Part shown: positions 38,757-49,742 of the stretch, piece by piece
Layout of the letters: each line of letters begins with the position of its first letter
How positions within the stretch are numbered: position 1 is the first letter of the stretch
Source of the DNA: Heterodontus francisci
Taxonomy: Eukaryota
NCBI RefSeq assembly: GCF_036365525.1
Contig: NC_090376.1
Coordinates: 8,581,997-8,645,996, forward strand
Direction of reading: 5' to 3'
DNA length: 64,000 bases
Translations under genes and position numbers: made by a program
Notes under the pieces: generated by a model
The model's database searches: none
Seen by the model: only the letters and a program-made list of their open reading frames with translations
What the model was told of the DNA's origin: nothing

Positions 38757-39744
38757 CCCACAACCCTTCAAGAGCTTTGTGCTCCTCCAATTCTGGCCTC
38801 TTATACATCCCTGATTTTAATTACTCCACCACTGGGGGCTATGCTTTCAGCTATCTACGGCCTATACTTGAATTTCCACCCTAAATCTAACTGCCTCCCT
38901 TTTTTTCCCCATTCTTTCATGGGATATGGGTGTCGCTGGCTAGGCCAGCATTTATTACCCATCCCTAATTGCCCTTGAGAAGGTGGTGGTGAGCTGCCTT
39001 CTTGAACCGCCGCAGTCCTTGTGCAGTAGGTACACCCACAGTGCTGTTAGGAAGGGAGTTCCAGAATTTTGACCCAGCAACAGTGAAGGAACGGCAATAT
39101 AGTTCCCAGTCAGGGTGGTGTGTGGCTTGAAGGGAAACTTGCACACACTTAAAATCATTCTTAACAGCCACCTTTAACAAAGCTTTTCAGTTGCCTCATC
39201 TAATTTCTCTTTTGACTCAACATCTACTTTTGACTGACTCTGCTTTTACGAAACACCTTGGGAACCATGTTTCTATATTAAAAATGCTATAGAAATACAA
39301 GTCATCATGTCTTAGGATTTTTTGACCATTTTTCTACAGTAAGTGTATTTACAGAAGTACAAAAGACCAAGACGCCGTGTGATGAAAATGCTAATGATTT
39401 AGTTTTTAAAGTTGTTTTCCCAAAGACCGCAAACAGAATCAAATTAATTAATCTGTCCCAGTGTCCACCTCTCCACCCAATCACATTCCTTTCCTTTTGA
39501 TCTCCCCACACCGCCCCCCACAATCCCAGCCACCTTCGTGCCATAGCACTTGCTTAAAACCTGTTACATTGCTAACTGTTTCTAGTTCTGATAAAAGGTC
39601 ATCAGTTTGAAGCTTTAACTCAGGTTCTCTCACTACAGATGATGCCTGATCTGCTGAATATTTCCAGAATTTTCTGTTTTTATTTCAGATTTCCAGCATA
39701 TGCAATATTTTGATTTTGTATTGATAAACCTGCGCACTAGGTCA

Positions 39745-40125
39745 AATGGCAAGCTCTACAATCTGTGAAGGTTGAAAGTGAAGACAAAAACATAATGCGT
39801 CCTGATCAGAGAACTCCTCTACGCTAGTCGCTAACACGGAAACTGAGCTACAAAGACTCATGGATTGTTTCTCCCATGCCTGTAACCTGTTCTGTGGTTC
39901 CTTGACTATAAGCGTCAAGAAAACCGTGGTCATGGGACAAGGTGTTGCATCTCCGCCCCTCATCACACTAAATAACACCCCATTGGAAGTGGTTACCAAA
40001 TTCTGCAACCTTGGGTTCACGGTGACAGACAACCCGTCCCTTGATGCCAAGCTCGACACATGCACAGGGAAAGCAGCTACCACCTTTGGCCGACTTGCAA
40101 AACGCACATGGGATAACATAAAGAA
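39745..40125 (+). mobile_element. Decayed RTE RT fragment
   Basis: LTISVKKTVVM...LEVVTKFCNLGFTV...LDAKLDTCTGKAATTFGRLAKRTW. Confidence 0.8.
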
Positions 40126-40787
40126 ATGATGCTTTGATTTGAATTAATTATGGCTGAACGCAACTGTTGTTCTGTACGTTTAGTTGTGGTCCATGAAATA
40201 AAACTGCTTAATGATGCATATCTGGTCTCCTCTCAATAAATGATTTCTCAGCCTGCCTTCAAATGTTAATGAAAAAGCAGGCAAGGCCATGCATGAATGG
40301 CACAATATCCAGTTCATGTGTCAAATGGAAAATGTACTGTTACATACCCTGGGCTAACCACCATAGAAATTGATACTGGACAACTAGTCATTACAGTGTA
40401 TGCAAGAAAAGGGTTTTGCTTACATGGGCAGATGAACCTGATCCACTGCAGCCCAACATTTCTAACAAGTGGCAATGATTGTAAAAGTTACCCAGGGAGG
40501 GCTGTAGTGGGAAATATTGTTCCTTTCACAACACACAACCTCTAGTGATACCATCTGTCTGGAAACATTCCAAATCAGACGTGGCTTAGTGGCTAACACT
40601 CTTGCCTTCAAGTCAAAAGGTTGTGGGTTCCACTCCAAGGCTTGTGCACAAAAATCAAAGCTGACACTCCAGTGCAGTATTGAGGGAGCACTGCACTGTT
40701 GTGGGTGCCATCTTTCAGATGAGATGTTAAACCGAGGCCATGTCTGCGGACATAGAAGATCCCACAATGCTATTTCAAATTTGCTTA

Positions 40788-40988
40788 ACTTTTAACAGGA
40801 AGTCTCAAGTGTATGCACAGTATGATATGTGTTTGATATGTGTTTCATTTGAAATATCTTTAAAAACTAGTTTATAATTAGTTTGTTGGTGATGAAATGG
40901 TCAAAAACAAGAGATTAGGCTAGTTTTGATTCTATAATCCATGCATGGTTACCACGCATAATAGACATGGATGGATGTTGGGGAAACA
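40788..40988. repeat. Left arm of a ~200-bp inverted duplication (copy of 42032-42258) inserted in a Deu-type SINE
   Basis: ACTTTTAACAGGAAGTCTCAAGTG and TAGGCTAGTTTTGATTCTATA...CCATGCATGGTTACCACGCATAATAGACATGG are reverse complements of the right arm. Confidence 0.93.
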
Positions 40989-41599
40989 GCAAAGGAGTTG
41001 GCTCTGGTGCCCAGTCCAAGATTTACCCCTCAGCCAACATCACAACAGATGATCTGGTCATTATCCCATTGCTGCTTGTGGGAGCTTGAAGTGTGCAAAT
41101 TGGCTGTGCATTTCCTACATTACAACAGTGACTAGACTTCAAAAGTTCGTTGGGGTGTCCTGTGGTCATGAAAGGTGCTATATAAATGCAAGTCTTTCTT
41201 TTTCAAATGTATGTAGACCACACACTATTTTTAGATCACTCTCTTGTAAATGGGGAGACATGAAATTATTCAGTGTTTTCAATAAATTATCTCCAAGCAG
41301 CAAAAAATAATCAAAGCACAAAACTCAAGTTCTAACCCAACCCCACCCCATGGCCTACAGCTCAAACAGGTAGGCCTCATCCTTGTCAAATCTGTTCACT
41401 TGCTAATTACACTCATCCTTTTATCCAGTTTGCTAAAATAAAATATAATACACAAAATAAAAGTAAAGTACTGCAGATGCTGGAAATTTGATATAATATT
41501 ATACTGTTGGTTTCTTTAAGTTTCATTCTCCCACCCCAAAAGAAAGAAAATAAACATTTAAGTAACTTTTTTGGCTAACTTTAACCATTATTACGCCCT

Positions 41600-41830
41600 C
41601 AACTGTTGCTAACCAACGGTTGCCTAGGCAACGGCCGCTCTTGCTCACTCAGATCGATTCCTTTGCTTCTGCCTGGCTTACAGCGTGATGCAGGACGGGA
41701 TACTGGCAGATTCTTCCTGCCCGCCTCACCGCTCCATTCCCCCATTTGTTTACTTCGAGTGAGGGGAGCGTTGCACGTTGGGATAGCGGAGGAGCTGGCC
41801 GAGTCCTCCGACACTAAGATGGCGGCGGTC
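41600..41830. promoter_or_regulatory. AAMDC/RSF1 bidirectional CpG-rich promoter with a candidate AAMDC non-coding exon 1
   Basis: CpG-rich island. RFX X-box palindrome GTTGCCTAGGCAAC at 41619-41632; YY1-type AAGATGGCGGC over the RSF1 ATG; minus-strand donor GA|GTGAGC at 41648. The head-to-head layout matches the human locus. Confidence 0.75.
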
Positions 41831-41948
41831 GCCTCTAAGCCCAATTTCGCCGTTGTCTGTTCTTTCCTGGAGCGCTATGGCGCCTCGCTGGAACTGCCCG
41901 ATTTTACCTTCCCCGAGCTGGAAGAAGCGCTGGAAAACAAAAAATCCG
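41819..41948 (+). CDS. RSF1: RSF1 first coding exon (start of DDT domain); later exons not found in the window
   Basis: MAAVASKPNFAVVCSFLERYGASLELPDFTFPELEEALENKKS matches RSF1 PNFAVVCSFLERYG..L.LP...FPELE; Kozak AAGATGG; phase-1 donor G|GTAAG at 41949. Confidence 0.95.
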
Positions 41949-42031
41949 GTAAGGAAAAAAAATCCTATGGAAAAATATCGTATCGGATGGTTACTGTGAG
42001 GTAAAATGTTGTTAATAAAGCACAGTCGGAA

Positions 42032-42258
42032 TTCTCCAGCATCCCCCATGTCTATTATGCGTGGTAACCATGCATGGATATAGAATCAAAACTAGCCTAA
42101 TCTATCGTTTTTGACCATTTCATCGCCAACAAAATAATTATAAACTACTTTTTAAAGATATTTCAAATGAAACGAAAATCAACAATCAATCACCAAATAT
42201 CAAACACCTTTTAATACCGCGCATGCGCATGCATCACTTGAGACTTCCTGTTAAAAGT
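42032..42258. repeat. Right (source) arm of the inverted duplication, in RSF1 intron 1, with NRF1 and ETS motifs
   Basis: GCGCATGCGC at 42219-42228; ACTTCCTG at 42243-42250. Confidence 0.9.
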
Positions 42259-42489
42259 AACGAGAGAAAAAAAATTCTCAGCTTTAGTTTCTCCACCGTT
42301 TCGAAGCCTTATTCTTGCTCACCTTGTTTTTAATTCCTCTTCCCTCCCCCCCCCCCCATTTCTGTTTTCTAGATTTTTTTCTTTTCCAGCATTTATTCCT
42401 TGTTTCTTTTATTGTTTACCCTTATTTGAAAAATGCATTTCCACATTGGTGATTTTGTTTTTCTTGTGTAAGCTGGTATAACTTTTTAA

Positions 42490-43820
42490 AATACACAAGC
42501 ATCCCAGTTGTGGCCTAACCAATAATTTATACAGTTACTCTTATATTCTATACCTTGGCTAATAAAGGAAAGGATTCCTTTTGCCACCTTATCGACCGGT
42601 CCTGCTACCTTCAGGGATCTGTGGACGCTCACTCCAATGTCGCTCACTTCCTCTACACTTCTCAGTATTTTCCCATTAATCGTGTATTCCTTTGCCTTGT
42701 TTGACCTCCTCAAATGCATCACCTCACACTTCTCCAGGTTGAATTCCATTTGCCATTTTTCTGCCCATCTGACCAGACCATCAATATCTTCCTGCAGCAT
42801 TTAGCTATCCTCCTCGCTATTTATCACATGGCCAATCTTTGTGTCGTCTGCAAACTTATTGATCATGCCCCCCTACATTTACGCCCAAATCGTTAATATA
42901 TACCACAAAAAGCATGGGACCCAGTACTGAGCCCTGCGGAATCTTGCTGGAAACAGCCCTCCAGTTGCAAAAACATCCATCAACAATTATCCTTTGTTTC
43001 CTGCCACAGAGCCAATTTTGTATCCACCTTGCTGTATTTGCATGGATCCCATGGGATTTTATTTTTTTAACCAGTCTGCCATGTGGGAGCTTGTCAAAAG
43101 CCTTGCGAAATCCATATAGACCACATCAACTGCACTACCCTCATCTATCTTCCTTGTTACTACTTCAAAAAATTCGATCAACTTGGTCAGACAAGATCTT
43201 CCCTTAACAAATTCATGCTGACTATCCTTGATTAATGTGTGCCTTTCTAATTGACAGTTTATCTTGTCTCTCAGAATAGATTCCAATAACTTGTCCACTA
43301 CTGAGGTTAGACTGACTGCCCTGTAATTATTCGGTCTATCCTTCGCTCCCTTTTTTAAACAACGTTAGCTGTCTTCCGGCACCGCACCTGCATCCAGTGA
43401 GGACTGGAAATGATGGTCAGACCTTACGCTATTTCCTCTCTCGATTCTTTTAACAGCCTGGGGTATATTTCATCTGGCCCTGGTGATTTATCAACTTTCA
43501 AGGATGCTAATCCCATTAATACATCCTCTCTCCCTATGTTGATCACATCCAATACTTCACACCCCTCTTCCTTAACTACAATATCTGCATCGTCCCCCTC
43601 TTTTGTGAAGACAGATGCAAAGTATTCATTCAGAACAATTCCAACATCTTCTGCCCCTACACATAGGTTACCTTTTTGGTCTTTTATGGGCCCTCCTTAG
43701 TTATCCTTTTACTTTCAATGTATTGATAAAACATCTTTGGGTTCACCTTGATGTTGCTTGCCAATATTCTTTCATGCCCTCTCTTTGCTTTCGTAATTTT
43801 CTTTTTGATTTCACCCTGTA
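42490..43820 (-). mobile_element. CR1 ORF2 fragment, antisense to RSF1
   Basis: SQHEFVKGRSCLTKLIEFFEVVTRKIDEGSAVDVVYMDF; WAEKWQMEFNLEKCEVMH. Confidence 0.92.
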
Positions 43821-44239
43821 AGTATGCAACTGGTAAGCAAAATACTTACTCCTACTTTCTGTTTTGAGAAGTGCTATTCATAATAGACAAGATCTTCTGG
43901 TTTAATCATAGCAGCATTGAAATATCCACAGCTTTACTGCAGTTGCCAAAAACAGAAAATGCTGGAAATAGTCAGCAGGTCAGGCAAGATCTGTGGAGAG
44001 AGAAACTGAGTTAACGTTGTGGTGGATGACTTTTCGTCAGAGTAATTCAGTCTGTATCTGTAAAGAGAAGATAGATTCTGATTCTGTTTTCTGGTTGCAG
44101 ATGCTGACTGACTTGCTGGGTATTTGCAGCATTTCTGTTACTATTAACAAGTGATGCACACGTGGTATTAGGTATTTGAAATTTGGCAATTGGTTGGTTT
44201 TCCTTTCATTTAAAAATACTGTTCTAACAATTGTTTTTT

Positions 44240-47200
44240 TTATTCGTTCATGGGATGAAGGCGTTGCTGGCTAAACCTGCATTTATTGCCCATCCCTAAT
44301 TGCCCTTGAGAAGGTGGTGGTGAGCTGCCTTCTTGAACGGCTGCAGTCCTTGGGGTGTAAGCACACCCACAGTGCTGTTAGGAAGGAAGTTCCAGGATTC
44401 TGACCCAGTGACAGTGAAGTAACGGCGATATAGTTCCAAGTCAGGATGGTGTGCGACTTGGAGGTGAAATTGCAGCTGGTGATGTTCCCACGTGTCTGCT
44501 ACCTTTGTTCTATGTGGGTAGAGTTTGTGGTTTTGGAAGGTGCTGTCGAAGGAGCCTTGGTGAGTTGTTGCAGTGCATCTTGTATTTGGTACACATTGCT
44601 GCCATTGTGCATCGGTGGAGAGAGTGAATGTTTGTGGATGGTGTGCCAGTCAAGCAGGCTTTGTCCTGGATGGTGTCAAGCTTTTTGAGTATTGCTGGAG
44701 CTGCACCCATCCATGCAAGTGGAGAATATTCCATCACACCTAATTTGTGCCTTGTAGATGGTTGTCAGGCATTGGGGAGACAGGAGGAGAGTTACTTGCC
44801 GCTGAGTTCCCAGCCTCTGACCTGCTTTTGTAGCTACAGCATTTATGTGGCTGGTCCAGTTCAGTTTCTGGTCAATGGTGACCCCCAGGATGTTGATAGT
44901 GGGGGATTCAGCAGTGGTAATGCCATTGAATGTCAAGGGGAGACGGTTATATTCTCTCTCGTTTGCGTTGGTCATTGTCTGGCACTTGTGTAGCATGAAT
45001 GTTACTTGCCACTTAGCAGCCCAAGCCTGGATATTGTCCAAGTCTTGTTGCATATGGACATGGGCTGCTTCAGTATCTGAGGAGTCGTGAATGGTGCTGA
45101 ACATTGTTCAGTAGTCAGCGAACATCCCCACTTCTGACCTTATGATGGAGGGAAGGTCATTGATGAAGCAGCTAATGATGGTTGGACCCAGGACACTACC
45201 CTGAGGAACTCTTGCAGTGATGTCCTGGGGCTGAGATGATTGCCCTTAAACAACCACAACCATCTTCCTTTATGCTAGGTACAATCGAACCAGCGGAGAG
45301 TTTTCTCCCGATTCCCATCCAGTTTTGCCAGGGCTCTTTGATGTCATACTCGGTCAAATGCTGCCTTGATGTTAAGGGAGGTAGAGGAGCAGATATGTAG
45401 ACAGATTTTGGAAAGATATAAGGGTAACAGGGTTGTGGTGGTGGGTGATTTTAACTTACCCTATATTGACTGGGACTCACTTAGTGCTAGGGGCTTGGAT
45501 GGGGCAGAATTTGTGAGGAGCATCCAGGAGGGCTTCTTGAAACAGTATGTAGATAGTCCAACTGGGGATGGGGCCATTCTGGACCTGGTATTGGGGAATG
45601 AGCCCGGCCAGGTAGTCGAAGTTTCAGTGGGGGATCATTTCGGGAACAGTGACCATAATTCCATAAGTTTTAAGGTACTTGTGGATAAGGATAAGAGTAG
45701 TCCTCGGGTGAAGGTACTAAATTGGGGGAAGGCTAATTATAACAATATTAGGCAGGAACTGAAGAATTTAGATTGGGGGCGGCTGTTTGAGGGTAAATCA
45801 ACATCTGACATGTGGGAGTCTTTCAAACGTCAGTTGATTAGAATCCAGGACCAGCATGTTCCTGGGAGGAAGAAGGACAAGTTTGGCAAGTTTCGGGAAG
45901 CTTGGATAACGCGGGATATTGTGAGCCTAGTCAAAAAGGAAAAGGAAGCATTTGTAAGGGCTGGAAGGCTAGGAACAGACGAAGCACTTGAGGAATATAA
46001 AGACCGTAGGAAGGAACTTAAGCAAGGAGTTAGGAGGGCTAAAAGGGGTCATGAAAAGTCATTGGCAAACAGGATTAAGGAAAATCCCAAGGCTTTTTAT
46101 ACGTATATAAAGAGCAAGAGGGTAACCAGGGAAAGGGTTGGCCCACTCAAGGACAGAGATGGGAATCTATGTGTGGAGCCAGAGGAAATAGGCGAGGTGC
46201 TAAATGAGTACTTTGCATCAGTATTCACCGAAGAGAAGGACTTGGTGGATGATGAGCCGAGGGAAGGTAGTGCAGATAGTCTCAGTCATCTCATTATCAA
46301 AAAGGAGGAGGTGTTGGGTGTCTTGCAAAACATTGGTAGATAAGTCCCCAGGGCCTGATGGGATCTACCCTAGAATACTGAGGGAGGCAAGGGAAGAAAT
46401 TGCTGGGGCCTTGACAGAAATCTTTGCATCCTCATTGGCCACAGGTGAGGTCCCAGAGCCTTACGTCAGTGGTAGGGAAACTATTAGAGAGGATTCTTCG
46501 GGACAGGATTTACTCCCATTTGGAAACAAACAAAGCGAGAGACAGCATGGTTTTGTGAAGGGGAGGTCGTGTCTTACTAATTTGATTGAGTTTTTTGAGG
46601 AAGTGACGAAGATGATTGATGAAGGAAGGGCAGTGGATGTTATCTATATGGACATCAGTTAAGCCTTTGACAAGGTCCCTCATTACAGACTGGTACAAAA
46701 GGTGAAGTCAGACGGGATCAGAGGTGAGCTGGCAAGATGGATACAGAACTGGCTCAGTCATAGAAGACAGAGGGTATCAGTGGAAGGGTGTTTTTCTGAA
46801 TGGAGGGATGTGACGAGTGGTGTTCCGCAAGGATCAGTGCTGGGACCTTTGCTGTTTGTAGTATATATAAATGATTTGGAGGAAAATGTAGCTGGTCTGA
46901 TTAGTAAGTTTGTGGACGACACAAAGGTTGGTGGAGTTGCGGACAGTGATGAGGATTGTCAGGATACAGCAGGATATAGATCGGTTGGAGACTTGGGCGG
47001 AGAAATGGCAGCTGGAGTTTAATCCGGACAAATGTGAGGTAATGCATTTTGGAAGCTCTAATGCAGGTGGGAGGTATACAGTAAATGGCAGAACCCTTCG
47101 GAGTATTGACAGGCAGAGAGATCTGGGCGTACAGGTCCACAGGTCACAAAGCAGCAACGCAGGTGGATAAGTTAGTCAAAAAGGCATACGGTATGCTTGC

Positions 47201-49742
47201 CTTCATCGGTCGGGGCATAGAGTATAAAAATTGGCAAGTCATGTTGCAGCTGTACAGAACCTTAGTTAGGCCACACTTAGAATATTGCCTGCAATTCTGG
47301 TCGCCACACTACCAGAAGGACGTGGAGGCTTTGGAGAGGGTACAGAAGAGGTTTACCAGGATGTTGCCTGGTCTGGAGGGCATTAGTTATGAGGAGAGGT
47401 TGGAAAAACTCGGATTGTTTCCACTGGAACGACGGAGGTGGAGGGGCGACATGATAGAGGTTTACAAAGTTATGAGCGGCATGGACAGAGTGGATAGTCA
47501 GAAGCTTTTTCCCAGGGTGGAAGAGTCAGTTACTAGGGGACATAGGTTTAAGGTGCGAGGGGCAAAGTTTAGAGGGGATGTGCGAGGCAAGTTCTTTACA
47601 CAGAGGGTGGTGAGTGCCTGGAACTTGCTGCCGGGGGAGGTGGTGGAAGCAGGTACCATAGAGACGTTTAAGAGGCATCTTGACAAATACATGAATAGGA
47701 AGGGAATAGAGGGATATGCGCCCCGGAAGTGCAGAAGGTTTTAGTTTAGGCAGGCATCAAGATCGACGCAGGCTTGGAGGGCCGAATGGCCTGTTCCTGT
47801 GCTGTACTGTTCTTTGTTCTTCTTGTTCTTGTCCCTCTCACCTCACCTCTGGAATTCAGCTCTTTTGTCCATGGCTGCAATGAGGTCAGGAGTTGAGTGG
47901 TCTTGATGGTACCCAAACTGAGTGTTAGTGAGCAGATTATTGCTAAGCAAGTGCCGCTTGATAGCAATTGTTGACGGCCCCTTCCATCACTCTGACGTTT
48001 GGGAGTAGATTGATCGGGTAGTAATTGACTGGGTTGGATTTGTCCTGCTTTTTGTGTACAGGACATACCAGGGCAACTTTCCACATTGCCCGGTAGATGC
48101 CAGTGTTGTAGCTGTACTGGAACAGCTTAGTAGGGGCACGCGGTTAGTTCTGGAGCACAAGTCTTCAGTACTATTGCCGGAATGGTCTCACGGCCCATAG
48201 CCTTTGCAGTATCCAGTGCCTTCAGTCGTTTCTTTATATCACGTAGTTTGAATCGGATTGAGTGAAGACTGGCATCTGTGATGCTGGGGACCTCGGGAGG
48301 AGGCTGAGATGTATCATCAACTCGGCATTTATGGCTGAAAATGGATACAAATGCCTCAGCCTTACCTTTTGCACTGATGTGCTGGGCTCTTCCATCATTG
48401 AGGATGGGGATATTTGTGGAGCCTCCTCCTCCTGTCATTTGTTTAATTGTCCACCAGCATTCGCAACTGGATGGATATTGCAGGACTGCAGAGCTTGCAT
48501 CTGATCCCGTGGATGTGGGATCACTTAGCCCTGTCTATTGCAAGCTGCTTCCGCTGTTTGGCATGCAAGTAGTCCTATGTTGTGGCTTCACTAGGTTAAC
48601 ACCTCAGTTTTAGGTCTGCCTGGTGCTGCTCCTGACATGCCCTCCTACACGCTTTATGGAAGCAGTGTGTTGGTCCCCCGGCTTGATGGATGCCCAGTTT
48701 TGAGTTGTAAGATCTGTTCGAAATCTATCCCATTTAGCACGGTAGTTTTTTTTATTCATTCAGGGGATGTGGGCGTCGTTGGCTATGCCAGCATTTATTG
48801 CCCATCTCTAATTTCCTTGGGAAGGTAGTGCCTCACAACACAATGGTGGGTACCCACAATGTGAAGATGGGTCGTTGTCTGGGACAATGTCACTCCTACC
48901 AGTACTGTCATGGACAGATGCATTTGTGACCGGCAGATTGGTGAGGATGAGGTCATGTAGGTTTTTCCCTCTTGTTGGTTCCCTCACCACCTGGCGGGGG
49001 TGGTAGATGGTAGTCAGCAGGAGGTTTCCTTGCCCATGTCTGACCTGATGCCATGAGACTTCATGGGGTCTGGAGTCAATGTTGAGGACTCCCAGGGCAA
49101 CTCCTTCCTGACTGTATACCACTGTGCTGCCACCTCTGGTGGGTCTGTCCTACTGGTGGGACAGGACATGCCCAGGGATGGTGATGGTGGTGTCTGGGAT
49201 ATTGTCTGCAAGGTATGATTCCGTGAGTATGACTGTCAGTCTGTTGCTTGGCTAGCCTGTAGGACAGCTGTCCCAATTTTGGTACAAGCCCCCAGATGTT
49301 GGTAAGGAGGACTTTGCATGGTTGACAGGGCTGGGTTTGCCATTGTCGTTTCTGGTGCCTAGGTCGACACCGGGTGGTCCGTCTGGTTTTATTCCTTTAC
49401 TTAGACTTTATAGTGTTTTGATACAACTGAATGGCTTACTAGGCCATTTCAGAGGGCAGTTAAGAATCAACCACATTGCTGTGGGTCTGGAGGACACGTA
49501 GGCCAGACCGAGTAAGATGGCAGATTTTCTTCCTTAAAAGGCATTAGTGAACCAGATGGGTTTCTACAACAATTGGCAATGGTTTCATGGTCATCACTGG
49601 ACTAGCTTTTAAGTCCAGATTTATCAATTGAATTCAAATTCCACCAGCTGGCTTGGTGGGATTCGAGCCCATGTCCCCAGAGCATAAGCCTGGGGCACTG
49701 GGTTACTAGTCTTGTGACATTACCACTACACCACCGCCTCCC
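44240..49742 (-). mobile_element. Near full-length decayed LINE with tRNA-like 5' head, APE endonuclease and RT; split by a CR1 insertion
   Basis: Head ~49550-49742 matches 3090-3270. EN motifs HEVSWHQVRHGQGNLLLTTIYHP and QVVREPTRGKNLHDLILTN at 48830-49310. RT at 47830-48440 and 44500-45375. 3' UTR ends at ~44240. Confidence 0.88.
45376..47829 (+). mobile_element. 5'-truncated CR1 (part of EN + RT + 3' UTR) nested in the tRNA-headed LINE
   Basis: [49 protein letters not shown]; frameshifted; tail (TGTTCT)n. Confidence 0.95.

Noticed and set aside
41606-41818. N-terminal extension of RSF1 in the ORF track
   Set aside because: Starts at TTG in promoter/UTR sequence; homology and Kozak context begin at ATG 41819.
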